64,000 bases of DNA from Alphaproteobacteria bacterium. GTDB taxonomy: Bacteria > Pseudomonadota > Alphaproteobacteria > GCA-2731375. The stretch spans positions 192,001 through 256,000 of the forward strand of contig CBDDBZ010000037.1 in assembly GCA_965225945.1 (NCBI GenBank), given 5' to 3'. Position numbers and translations under genes: made by a program. Shown here piece by piece: positions 51,357 through 61,090 of the stretch (the stretch's first letter is position 1; every line of letters starts with the position of its first letter). The notes under the pieces are model-generated. The model saw only the letters and a list, made by a program, of their open reading frames with translations, was not told the DNA's origin and made no database searches.

Positions 51357-52235
51357 TCAGTCCTCGAACAGCTTGTAGATCACCGGGGCGTAATAGCGGC
51401 CGAGGCCGCGCTCGGCGGCTTGGCGCAGGCGGCTTTGCGCCAGCTTGGCGCCTTCGGCCTCGACGCCGAGCTTCTCGGCCAGATCGATGGCATAGCCGAT
51501 GTCCTTCAGCGAATAGGTCGTCGGGAACTGGTCGTCGGGAAATTCGCCCGTGGTCATGTGGCTGCCGTGCTTGCGCATGACGAAGCTGTCGGCCGAGCCC
51601 AGCGAGAGGATCTCGAAGACCTTGGCGCGCGCGACCCCGGCGCGCGTCGCGATCGCCATCGCCTCGGCGATCGCCGAGACGTTCTCGAAGACCACCATGT
51701 TGTTCATCAGCTTCATGACTTGGCCGGTGCCGACGTCGCCGCAATGCGAGATCTCGCTGCCCATGCATTCGAGCAACGGCGTGATCCGCGCCAGCACATT
51801 CTCGGCGGCGCCGACCATGATGGCGAGCGTGCCGTTCTCGGCCGCCGGGACGCCCCGGGCCACCGGCGCATCGGCGAAGTCGACGCCCTTGGCGGCCAGC
51901 GCCGAGGCGACCTCGCGGTTGATCTCGACCGTCGCCGTGGTCATGTCGATTATGGTCTGGCCGGCCCGCGCCGCCGCCACCAGCCCCCCCTCGCCGAACG
52001 CCAGCGCGCGCACCTCGGGCTCGCCGGGCACGCAGATGAAGATCATCTCGGCGCCCTCGACCACTTCGGCGATGCTGCCGGCGGCCGCGACGCCCTCATT
52101 CGAGAGCGCGACCGCCTTGGCGCCGTCGATGTCATAGCCGATCACCCGCCTGGCCGACTTTCGCGCCAGATTGCGGCACATCCGCCCGCCCATGACCCCC
52201 AGGCCGATGAAGCCCAGCCGTTCGATCTCGCGCAT
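51357..52235 (-). CDS. 3-hydroxyisobutyrate dehydrogenase-family oxidoreductase
   Basis: GFIGLGVMG, DAPVARG, GQVMKLMNN. Confidence 0.92.
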   Translation of the reverse strand: MREIERLGFIGLGVMGGRMCRNLARKSARRVIGYDIDGAKAVALSNEGVAAAGSIAEVVEGAEMIFICVPGEPEVRALAFGEGGLVAAARAGQTIIDMTTATVEINREVASALAAKGVDFADAPVARGVPAAENGTLAIMVGAAENVLARITPLLECMGSEISHCGDVGTGQVMKLMNNMVVFENVSAIAEAMAIATRAGVARAKVFEILSLGSADSFVMRKHGSHMTTGEFPDDQFPTTYSLKDIGYAIDLAEKLGVEAEGAKLAQSRLRQAAERGLGRYYAPVIYKLFED

Positions 52236-52339
52236 CACATGCTCCCTTACGGGTTGCTCCGATCCGGGTTCGACCCTCGGCGCCGAGGCTACCACCTGGC
52301 CGAGACATTCCCCAGACGATCGCCGGTTCCGACCATGAT

Positions 52340-52474
52340 CAGATTTCGGCGGACCGTTTTCACCCCACCTCGACGCCGGGCATCGAGGCCACGCCAAACG
52401 CACCGAGAGCCACGAGGCGCCCTTCATCCCGTGGGTTGTGGGGGCGACCTGGGGATGACGGGCGGAACCCGGTC
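52340..52474. repeat. dispersed intergenic repeat, copy C
   Basis: Matches about 49328-49463. Confidence 0.8.
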
Positions 52475-52624
52475 TGGGCGAGGATGGTGGCGCGGGCGCG
52501 CGTCGGTTCGAACCCGGCGAATTGGATCCTGGCGCGCTTCGGCGCCGATGGCGACGCGGCGGTCCGCGCCGATCGTCGTTTCGTGGCCGGCGGGATCAAG
52601 GCGCCGGGCCCGTGGGACGCGCTC

Positions 52625-52823
52625 GCCGGTCGTCTCGGAGGCCGTGGTGGCGATCACTACGCGGATGCTGGCCGAGGCGCGGAAGCCCAACGTCGGACGG
52701 GCGGAGGCGCATCGCCGTGCCATGGGGGCCTTGATCGACGACAAGGACCGTCCCCACTTCGCCCACCCCATGTTCTGGGCCCTCTTTGTCGGGGTCGGTG
52801 AAGGGGGGTTGGCGGGGCAATGA
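52625..52823 (+). pseudogene. C-terminal fragment of a CHAT-domain protein
   Basis: AEAHRRAM..FAHPMFWALFVGVGEG, the typical CHAT C-terminal HPxxWAxF motif; no N-terminus. Confidence 0.65.
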
Positions 52824-52838
52824 ATGACGGCTTCTGGG

Positions 52839-53789
52839 TCATGGGCTGGAGTGGGTGATGAACTTCTCCGGCGCGTCGGGGCCCCATTGGCTGCCAAAGC
52901 CGATCTCGGCCGGCGTCAGGTTGCCGCCGCTCGCCGCGTTCAGCCGGTCGGTGTCGGCCCAGCGCTCGTGGACCCGACCCCAGGGATCGCACCAATAGTC
53001 GAAGATCTGGCTGCCCAGGATGTGCCGGCCGATCCCCCACATGTGCTCGTATTTGCCGAGGCCGGCGATGTATTCGTGATCCTTGAAGACCGCGTCGGCG
53101 TCCGGCAGCTCGAACGACAGATGGTTGAGGCCGGCGCGAACGTTGCGGACGCAGAACAGCACGTGGTGGTCGGTAAAGGCCTCGCCCCGGTCGCAGCGGT
53201 TGAACGAGCCGACGATGTTCGCCTCCTCAGCCACATAGACGTCGTCGGAACGGAGGAAGCCGAGGGTGTCGCGGAACCAGCTCGCCGTCCCCACCACCTC
53301 GGGCGTCGCCAGCACGCCGTGGCCGATCCGCTTCACCGGCGAGGGCGAGGCCGGCAGTCGCAGCACCTCGCCGGCGCGCCTCAGGGGTTCGGCCCCACTG
53401 TTGAGCGCCTGGCGCGCCACCGGGATCGCCGCCGGCGTCTCGATGCCGTGCACCACCTCGATTGCGTAACCGTTCGGTTCGGTGAGCCGCACCCGGTGGC
53501 CGCCGCCGGGCTCCTCGATCGCCTCCACCGCCGAGGCCCCGGGCGCGCGCGCCGCCAGGCGTTCCAGGTCGTCCCTGCTCTGGGCCGAGTAGGCGAAGCC
53601 GACGAAAGCGGCTTGGCCCAACTCGGTGACGTGGATGTGGTGGCGCGCGTCCTTCCCGCGCATGTAGAGGGCGTCGGCCGTCCGCGCCGCCCGCATCATG
53701 CCGAAATGGACCAGGAATTCCTCCATCAGGTCCAGGTCCGGCGCCCGAAGCCGTCCGTAAGCCAGTTCCGCCACCTTGACGATCGCCAT
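52839..53789 (-). CDS. VOC/glyoxalase-family extradiol dioxygenase-like protein
   Basis: RIGHGVL, DHHVLF, HLSFE, WGIGRHILGSQIFDYWCDP. Confidence 0.9.
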   Translation of the reverse strand: MAIVKVAELAYGRLRAPDLDLMEEFLVHFGMMRAARTADALYMRGKDARHHIHVTELGQAAFVGFAYSAQSRDDLERLAARAPGASAVEAIEEPGGGHRVRLTEPNGYAIEVVHGIETPAAIPVARQALNSGAEPLRRAGEVLRLPASPSPVKRIGHGVLATPEVVGTASWFRDTLGFLRSDDVYVAEEANIVGSFNRCDRGEAFTDHHVLFCVRNVRAGLNHLSFELPDADAVFKDHEYIAGLGKYEHMWGIGRHILGSQIFDYWCDPWGRVHERWADTDRLNAASGGNLTPAEIGFGSQWGPDAPEKFITHSSP

Positions 53790-53925
53790 CGCCGCCCCTC
53801 CGTTGCTGGTTTCCCGGCAAACTATAGCCCGCGCCGGCCCGCGGACCGCAATTTCGCGTGCTTGGCCGGCGGCGATGGGTCGAGATGGCGCCGTTATTTC
53901 ACCCCTCGGCCGGGAATCCGCCATC

Positions 53926-53980
53926 ATGTCGGCCGACATCGTCGCCGAACTCGCCCCGGGCGGCATCCTCCGCGCCGCCA
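53926..53980 (+). pseudogene. possible truncated 5' end of an ABC substrate-binding protein gene
   Basis: MSADIVAELAPGGILRAA then loss of pattern at the mobile-element boundary. Confidence 0.35.
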
Positions 53981-54176
53981 GGCCACCAATGTCGGCTATC
54001 AGGGGTACAGTCTCCGTCGGGCCGGAGTGGCCGATTTGGTGATTCCTAGCCAAAGAACGAAACCGCTTTCAGCGGTAGTTCGTGGTGCCGGGCGGTGAGG
54101 TCGGTGGCGTAACGGATGGGTCGATCCTGTGTTGAGGTTTGGAGTTCCGAAGCTCACGCAACACGGGAGCAGACCC

Positions 54177-55087
54177 ATGACCGATAGTGACAAGACCATC
54201 AGCCCGCTGCGCCAGCGCATGATCGACGACATGGTGCTTCGCGGCTTCAGTGCCAACACGCAGCGCGGCTACATCAGTGCGGTGGCCGGCTTTTCCGACT
54301 TTCTCGCACGCTCTCCGGATCGGGCGGAGGCGGAGGATCTCAGGCGCTATCAAGTGCATATGCGCAAAGCAGGCGCATCGGCGACGACGATGAACGCGGC
54401 GGTCTCGGCATTGCGGTTCTTCTTCGGCGTCACGCTCGGCCGAGGCGACGCCGAGATCGGCATGACGACGGTGGCAATGCCGCGCAAGCTGCCGGTGATC
54501 CTGAGCGTCGAGGAAATGGCGCGGCTTCTCGATGCCGCCCCCGGTCCCAAATACAAGGCGGCCTTTTCGCTGGCCTATGGCGCCGGCCTGCGCGCTTCGG
54601 AGGTGGTCCATCTCAAGGTCCCGGACATCGACAGCAACCGCAAGACGCTTCGCATCGAGCAAGGTAAGGGCCGCCGAGATCGCTACGCCATGCTCTCGGA
54701 TCGCGCCGTCGAGCAGCTCAGGGTCTGGTGGTTGCTTGGCCGCGCCCGCGGCGTGATGCTGCCCGGCGGTTGGCTGTTTCCAGGCCAGAACCCGGTCAAC
54801 CCGTTGACCACCCGCCAGCTCCGTCGCGCCCTCGATGGCGCCAAGGCGGGGGCGGGGATCGAGAAGCGGATCTCGCTTCACACGCTGCGCCACTGCTGCG
54901 CCACTGCTTCGCCACCCATCTCCTCGAACAGGGCGTCGACATCCGCGTGATCCAGGTTCTACTGGGGCACAAGAAGCTGGAGACCACGGCTCACTACACC
55001 CAGGTCGCCAGCACCACCTTGCGGCGCGCCAAGAGCCCACTGGACCTGCTCGAGCCGCCGACGCCCAAGACCAAGCCGCCGAAGTGA
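54177..55087 (+). pseudogene. tyrosine recombinase, frameshifted by an 11-bp duplication
   Basis: YGAGLRASE, HTLRH(C)FATHLLE, LLGH, TTAHY; GCGCCACTGCT twice at 54887-54908. Confidence 0.9.
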
Positions 55088-55822
55088 GCCGGCGGCCTCG
55101 GTGCCGCGTCCCGCGCTCGAGGTCCCGGACATCTTCCGCGACCACGGGCCCGGCTTCCGTCGGGCCCGGGCCGGTCGTCTGAGCCTCGGCCAACTGAAGG
55201 TCATGTCGGCGATCGAGTGTTGCCGCACCGCCGCGCTCGGCGGTCATGTCGCGGCCTGCGAGGACTGCGGGCAGAACCACATCGCCTACAATTCCTGTCG
55301 CAACCGCCATTGTCCCAAATGCCAAGGCCAGGTCGCGCGCGAATGGCTGGCGGCGCGAGAGGCCGAACTGCTCTCCGTCCCCTACTACCATCTCGTCTTC
55401 ACCCTGCCAGCGGCGATCGCCGACATCGCCTATCAGAACAAGTCGGTGATCTACGATATCCTGTTCAAGGCGAGCGCCGAGACCATGCTCACCATCGCCG
55501 CCGATCCCAAGCATCTCGGCGCCAAGATCGGCATCACCGCCGTGCTCCACACCTGGGGCTCGGCCATGACCCACCATCCCCACATCCACATGATCGTGCC
55601 GGGTGGCGGAATCTCACCTGACGGTAGCAGTTGGATCTCTTGCCGGCCCGGCTTCTTCCTGCCCGTCCGCGTGCTCTCGCGCCTCTTCCGCCGCCTCTTC
55701 ATCGAGAAGCTCCTCGCCGCCCACGAGGCAGGGCGCCTGAAGTTCTTCACCGACCACACCAGCCTCGCCGAGCCGGCGGCCTTCCGTGTCTTCCTCGCAC
55801 CGATGCGCAAACAAGAACCTGA

Positions 55823-56770
55823 TTACGCATCAACCTCAGCCAATTTGAGGAGCCGATATGGCATGGGGGGCGTGCGCAGGGCGTCGCGTCCGAGGGCCTC
55901 GATCATGTCGGCGAGCCGGTAGCGGCGGTTATATCGGTATTGGAACGCCGCCAGGTAGCGCGGAACGTGTTTGGGCCGGATCGCATGGTAGGTGCCACGC
56001 AGGGTGTTCTTGAGATTGCCGAGGGTGGTGTTGACCCATTTGAAGGCCGGCACGGCGACGGCCCCTGGTCCGGAGCCGGTGGGTATCGGATGGTGGGCGC
56101 AGCCTTGCGCGGTGACCGCGGTGAAGCAGTTGAGCCCGTCGCTGAAGACGCTCGTCCCGGGGCTCAGGTCGCGCTTGGCCATCTTGGCGATTTCGGCCTT
56201 GCGGAAGCCCTTGACGCGGCGCAGCTTGATGCGCACGGGCTGGCCCTCCGCCGTGGTCTGGACGGCGGCGACGAACGGCGTCTTGCCCGGCGCGCCCCGG
56301 CCGCGCTTGGCCCCGGAACGGCGGCCGCCGAGGTAGGCGTCGTCCATCTCCACCCGTCCGGTGAGCGGCAATTTGGCGTCGCGCTCGAGCATGGATTGCA
56401 TCAGTTTCTGCTTGATCTTCCAGGCCGTGGTCTGGGTGACGCCGAGCCGGCGGCCGAGTTCGATGGAGGAGATCCCCTTCTTCGATTGGGTCATGTGATA
56501 GATCGCCGAAAACCACAGGGTCAGCGCCAGCTTGGTCGCGTGGAAGAGCGTGCCGGCGGTCAGCGAGACTTGATGACGGCAGGCGGCGCATTGGTAGAGT
56601 TTTCGCCCGGCGATCTCGCAATGGCGCGTGGCACCGCATCGGGGGCAGGAGAAGCCCTCCGGCCAACGCCAGCGGAACAGGGCCTCGCGACACTGCTCCT
56701 CGGTGCCGTACATTTCACGGAAACGCGGCTCGCTGAGCCCCTACTGGAACTGAACCTTGTTGCGTGACAT
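55823..56770 (-). pseudogene. IS1595-family transposase with in-frame TAG at codon 10
   Basis: MSRNKVQFQ*GLSE..CPRC..YQCAAC, EMDDAYLGG, FSDG, WVNT. Confidence 0.88.
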
Positions 56771-56950
56771 CGTGAACTCCCTGAAAAACCACCAAATATT
56801 CGTAACTACCCAGGTACCCCGCTCTTGACCGCGAGAGGATGATGTAGGTGGTCGCCGGGGCCGGGTTTCCGCCGCCGCGTCGTTGATCGTCTCTTGACTC
56901 CATAGAATCGGGCGTCTATGGGTTGCGCTCTCGTGTGACGGGAGCGGCGC

Positions 56951-57616
56951 GTGGAATATTTTGGGTCGAAGGCGACGAGCGGTCTGTGCCAGGCGCTGAT
57001 TGCGCTGATGCCGCCGCACAGCGTTTACATCGAGAGCCACCTGGGGGGCGGTGCGCTGATGAAGCGCAAGCCAACGGGCGTGCGCTCGATCGGCATCGAC
57101 CGCGATGCGCAGGCGCTCGAGGCCTTTGCCTGTGACTACCCGGTCGAGTTGGTGCATGGCTGTGCCCATGCCTTTTTGGCCTCGTTCCCGTTTCTGGGCC
57201 CGGAGCTGGTCTACAGCGATCCCCCCTATCTGCACGCGACCCGCCGTTCGGCACGGCGCTATCGCTTCGACTACGAGGAGGTCGACCATGTCGCGCTCCT
57301 GGACCTGCTCAAGGATCTGCCCTGCCAGGTGATGGTCTCGGGCCATCCCTCGGCGCTCTATGACGAGATGCTGGCGGGCTGGCGCAGTCTGGCGCTGCAG
57401 GTGACGACCCAGGCCCAGGTGCGGACCGAGGTCGTGTGGTTCAACTTCGCGCCCGACCGGGTGCATTGGGCGAGCTACGCAGGCCGGAACTTCACCGACC
57501 GCCAGCGCATCAAGCGTAAGGCGGCCAACTGGGGCCGGCGTTACAAGGCCTTGCCGGCGGGCGAACGCCTCGCGGTGCTGGCCGCCATGATGGCCGTCGA
57601 TGCCGAGGACCCGTGA
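56951..57616 (+). CDS. D12-class (Dam-like) DNA adenine methyltransferase
   Basis: YFGSK, YIESHLGGG (motif I-like), YSDPPY (motif IV), RTEVVWFNF. Confidence 0.85.
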   Translation: MEYFGSKATSGLCQALIALMPPHSVYIESHLGGGALMKRKPTGVRSIGIDRDAQALEAFACDYPVELVHGCAHAFLASFPFLGPELVYSDPPYLHATRRSARRYRFDYEEVDHVALLDLLKDLPCQVMVSGHPSALYDEMLAGWRSLALQVTTQAQVRTEVVWFNFAPDRVHWASYAGRNFTDRQRIKRKAANWGRRYKALPAGERLAVLAAMMAVDAEDP

Positions 57617-59151
57617 CGCTGTCGCGCTGGCACGAGGACCTCGCCGCCCATGACGAGGCCTTCGCGTGCCTGCAAGATCTTCTTGACCCCTCATCCTTCG
57701 CAATCACAGTCGTCAAGGCCTTCCGGGAATGGGGCCAGGGGCTGTTGCGCCTGGCCACGGCGCTCGTCCGGGAGAATGCCGCGCTCGAGCGGGAGAACGC
57801 GACCCTGCGGGACCGCATCGCCGAGCTCGAGCGGAGCGCGGCGCTTGACAGCACCACCAGCAGCAAGCCGCCCGCCAGCGACGGCCTGCGCAAGAAGAGC
57901 GGAACCCAGAGGCGCACCCGAAGCCAGCGCGGCAAGTCCGGCAGGCCAAGCGGCGGCCAGCCGGGCCACAAGGGAACGACGCTGGCGCGGACCGAGAGCC
58001 CGGACCATGTTGTGGATCATGACCCCTCCGCCTGTTCGGGCTGCGGCGCACCGCTGTCGGACGCCGACCGTCACCGCGCGCCCGTCTGTCGACAGGTCTT
58101 CGATGTGCCCGAGCCACGCCCCCTGGAGGTCACCGAACACCGCGCCCATCGCTGCCTCTGCGGCGCCTGCGCCACCGTGACAGGAGCCGTCTTCCCGGAC
58201 GGCGTGACCGCCCCGGTCCAGTACGGGCCACGCATCACCGCCTGGGTGAGCTACCTGCTGTACGCCCAGTTCGTTCCCGAGAAGCGCTTGGCCGAACTCA
58301 TGAGCGACCTCTTCGCAGTGTCCATCTCCACAGCCACGATCACCGCCATGGGCCGGCGAATCGCCAGGCGCTTCGAGCCCTTCCTCGCCCATGTCGCAGA
58401 CGTGATCCGCACAGCGGTCCCGGTCAAGCACCTCGACGAAACCGGCCTGCGGATCGCCGCCCGTACCCGCTGGCTCCACGTGCTGTGCACCCCATTCCTG
58501 ACCGTCCTGCGCATCGGCGCGGGACGCGGCGATGTCGAAAAGGACCTCGAAGGCATCCTCATCCATGACGATTACGCCGCCTACTTCACCCTCAAGGGCG
58601 TGCGCCACGGCGCCTGCAACGCCCATCACCTGCGCGAACTCCAGGCCCTGATCGACATCGAGAAGGAAGACTGGGCAAAGAGCATGCACCGCCTCCTTGA
58701 GCGCGCACACAGGGCTACCCGCTTCTCCCGTGAGAACGGCCGCGACGTGCCCGCCTCCCTGGTGGCCCGGATCTCGCGGGCCTGGGCCCGCATCCTCGAC
58801 CACGCCATCGCCTTCCACGAGGCGCAGCCGCCGCTCCGGACCGGCAAGCGCGGACGAAAGAAACGCCGCATCGGTCATAACCTCGCGCTCCGCCTCCGCA
58901 AGCACAAGGAGGGATGCCTGCGATTCCTCACCGACCCGCGCACGCCGTTTACGAACAATGAGGCCGAACGTGACCTCCGAATGGCCAAGCTGCGCCAGAA
59001 GATCTCCGGTGGCTTCCGCTCCGAGAGGGGTGCCTACAACTTCGCCAGAATGCGTGCCGTCATCGCCACCGCCCGAAAGCAAGGCTGGAACGTCCTCCAG
59101 ACCCTGGTGCATCCCGATCCGATGCAACTAATCCCCCAACTGCGCCTCTGA
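57613..59151 (+). CDS. IS66-family transposase TnpC
   Basis: SSKPPASD, GGQPGHKG, CSGC..CLCGAC, HLDETG, CNAHHLREL, FTNNEAERDLR. Confidence 0.95.
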   Translation: MTLSRWHEDLAAHDEAFACLQDLLDPSSFAITVVKAFREWGQGLLRLATALVRENAALERENATLRDRIAELERSAALDSTTSSKPPASDGLRKKSGTQRRTRSQRGKSGRPSGGQPGHKGTTLARTESPDHVVDHDPSACSGCGAPLSDADRHRAPVCRQVFDVPEPRPLEVTEHRAHRCLCGACATVTGAVFPDGVTAPVQYGPRITAWVSYLLYAQFVPEKRLAELMSDLFAVSISTATITAMGRRIARRFEPFLAHVADVIRTAVPVKHLDETGLRIAARTRWLHVLCTPFLTVLRIGAGRGDVEKDLEGILIHDDYAAYFTLKGVRHGACNAHHLRELQALIDIEKEDWAKSMHRLLERAHRATRFSRENGRDVPASLVARISRAWARILDHAIAFHEAQPPLRTGKRGRKKRRIGHNLALRLRKHKEGCLRFLTDPRTPFTNNEAERDLRMAKLRQKISGGFRSERGAYNFARMRAVIATARKQGWNVLQTLVHPDPMQLIPQLRL

Positions 59152-60064
59152 GAACACCGGCACCGCTACCAGCCCGGACCCCCACGATCCCTCACATACA
59201 AACGCTCGGGCCAATCAGACCTGGGTAGTTACAAATATTCACGATTTGTACCACATCAATCCGGCTGAGTAAAGTGCGTAATCAGGAACAAGAATGGGTC
59301 GTCTACGCCAAGCCGCCCTTCGGCGGACCAGAGGCCGTGCTCGCCTATCTCTCCCGCTACACCCACCGTGTCGCCATCTCGAACAGCCGCCTGGTCAGCT
59401 GCGACAGCCAAGGCGTCATCTTCAAGTACAAGGACTACCGGCGCAAAGGACGCGAGCGCTACAAGACCTTGCCCCTGGCCGTGCCCGAGTTCATCCGCCG
59501 CTTCCTCCTCCATGTCCTGCCCTCGGGCTTTCACCGCATCCGCCATTACGGCCTCTTCGCCAACGGCGGTCGCACCCGCAACATCTCCCTTGCCCGCGAA
59601 CTGCTTGCCATGCCGGCACCGGAGAGTGAGGCCGACGATGCCGCGAGTGACGATGATACCGAACCGCCGTCCCTCTCAGAGCCCTGCCCGCAGTGCGGCG
59701 GCCGTATGATCGTCATCGAGCGCTTCGAGGCCGGCGCCCAACCACGCGCCCCGCCCCGTGCACGGCCCCTGGCCAGGGCCACGGCAGCATGACCGACACC
59801 GCTTCGAATAACGCTATTGCCGCCGCTCACCCGCGGCCACGATCCCGCTCGCCGCAACACCATCGAGCGCGCAGGGAACCACCTGCGAGACCCGCCGGCA
59901 TCGACCCGAAGTCGCCATCAAACCACCCTGCCGGTGTCGTCGCCAATCAGATCCGAGCCATCCAGCAGCGCCGGCCACCCGAGAAAGCTGGCCCGCCGCT
60001 CGCAAATCCCCATAGACCGAGCGTGCCGCACCGCCGAGCCTAGTCCTGCCCGCGGTTTCCTCCC

Positions 60065-60143
60065 TTAAGCGTTGTCCGACACCTGCCGATCCAGTCCGCC
60101 GGATGCAACCCCTGCGCCTCGGCAGGTGTCCGACAACGCTTAA
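60065..60143. repeat. 25-bp inverted repeat at the distal end of the IS91 element
   Basis: TTAAGCGTTGTCCGACACCTGCCGA ... TCGGCAGGTGTCCGACAACGCTTAA with one C/C mismatch. Confidence 0.8.
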
Positions 60144-60172
60144 CAATTCGAGACCTTTTGTTGTCTCGAGGC

Positions 60173-61090
60173 CTATTCGCCGGCGCGCACTCTCGTCGGT
60201 TCCGAGGCAATGGCGAGATCGAGCGCGGCCACGGTCCGCTCGATCCAGGCCTGCTCGTCGCCGGTGGGCGGCAGGCGAGGCGGTCGGGGCGGGCCGACGG
60301 CGAGGCCCATCAGCGCCAAGGCCGCCTTGGTCGCGGCGACGTAACGATGGGCGCCCACGAGCTCGATCACCGGCAGAATTCGGGAATAGAGCGCGCGCGC
60401 GGCCTCCAGATCGACCTCCTCGACGCAGCGCCGGTACATCTCGGCGAAGGCGCCCGGCATCAGGTTGGCGCCGACGGCGACCCAACCGATCGCGCCATTG
60501 TGGAAGGATTCGTAGCCCATGATCCCGCCGAACACCCCCATCCGCTCGCCACACAGGCGGACGATATCGCGCACCCTGGTGACGTCCAGGGTCGATTCCT
60601 TGATGTAGGCGACATTCTCGATCTCCGACAGGCGTGCCACCAGCGGCGGCGTCATGTCGACGTTGGCGGTCGCGGGGTTGTTGTAAAGCATGATCGGGAT
60701 CGAGATCGCCTCGGCGATTTCTCGGTAGTGCTGGAACAATTCGTCCTCGCTCGGCGTGCTGTAGAAGGGCGGCACGATCATCACTCCGTCGGCGCCCAGC
60801 GCTTCGGCCTCGCGGCTATAGCGGATCGCGTCCCAGGTGCTTTCGGCGGCGGAGCCGATCAGCACCGGCACCCGACCGGCGGCGTGCCGGATCACCAGCT
60901 CCGCGACCCGGTGGCGCTCCTGGTCCGAAAGCGAGAGAAATTCGCCGGTGCTGCCGAGCGGAATCAGGCCGTGGATGGCTTGGCCGATCTGCCAATCGAC
61001 GAAGCGAGCGAGCGCCGTCTCGTCGAGGCGTCGGCCGTCCTCGGTGAACGGCGTCACCATGACGGTGTAGGTGCCCCTGAAGCTGGTCAT
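60173..61090 (-). CDS. DapA/dihydrodipicolinate synthase-family aldolase
   Basis: VTPF, GSTGE, LYNNP, YIKES. Confidence 0.93.
   Translation of the reverse strand: MTSFRGTYTVMVTPFTEDGRRLDETALARFVDWQIGQAIHGLIPLGSTGEFLSLSDQERHRVAELVIRHAAGRVPVLIGSAAESTWDAIRYSREAEALGADGVMIVPPFYSTPSEDELFQHYREIAEAISIPIMLYNNPATANVDMTPPLVARLSEIENVAYIKESTLDVTRVRDIVRLCGERMGVFGGIMGYESFHNGAIGWVAVGANLMPGAFAEMYRRCVEEVDLEAARALYSRILPVIELVGAHRYVAATKAALALMGLAVGPPRPPRLPPTGDEQAWIERTVAALDLAIASEPTRVRAGE

Larger units (their letters stand above)
56802..59232 (+). mobile_element. IS66-family element carrying a methyltransferase (2431 bp)
   Basis: IR GTAACTACCCAGGT; 8-bp TSD AAATATTC at 56794-56801 and 59233-59240. Confidence 0.93.
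55818..59286 (-). mobile_element. IS1595-family element (second type), containing IS66
   Basis: IR CCTGATTACGCA; 8-bp TSD AACAAGAA at 55810-55817 and 59287-59294. Confidence 0.92.
55101..59792 (+). pseudogene. IS91-family Y2 transposase interrupted at 55818-59286
   Basis: YNSCRNRHCPKC Zn motif, HPHIH HUH motif, YLSRY and RIRHYG after the insertion; frame restored when insert plus TSD are removed (MRKQE|WVVYAK). Confidence 0.92.
54045..60148 (+). mobile_element. IS91-family element with upstream tyrosine recombinase, containing nested IS1595 and IS66; ends approximate
   Basis: Recombinase plus Y2 HUH transposase; 25-bp terminal inverted repeat at 60065-60143; no TSD (expected for rolling-circle elements). 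Confidence 0.8.

Noticed and set aside
54177-55087. Integron integrase with cassette array
   Set aside because: No cassette array visible; context is the IS91-linked recombinase type
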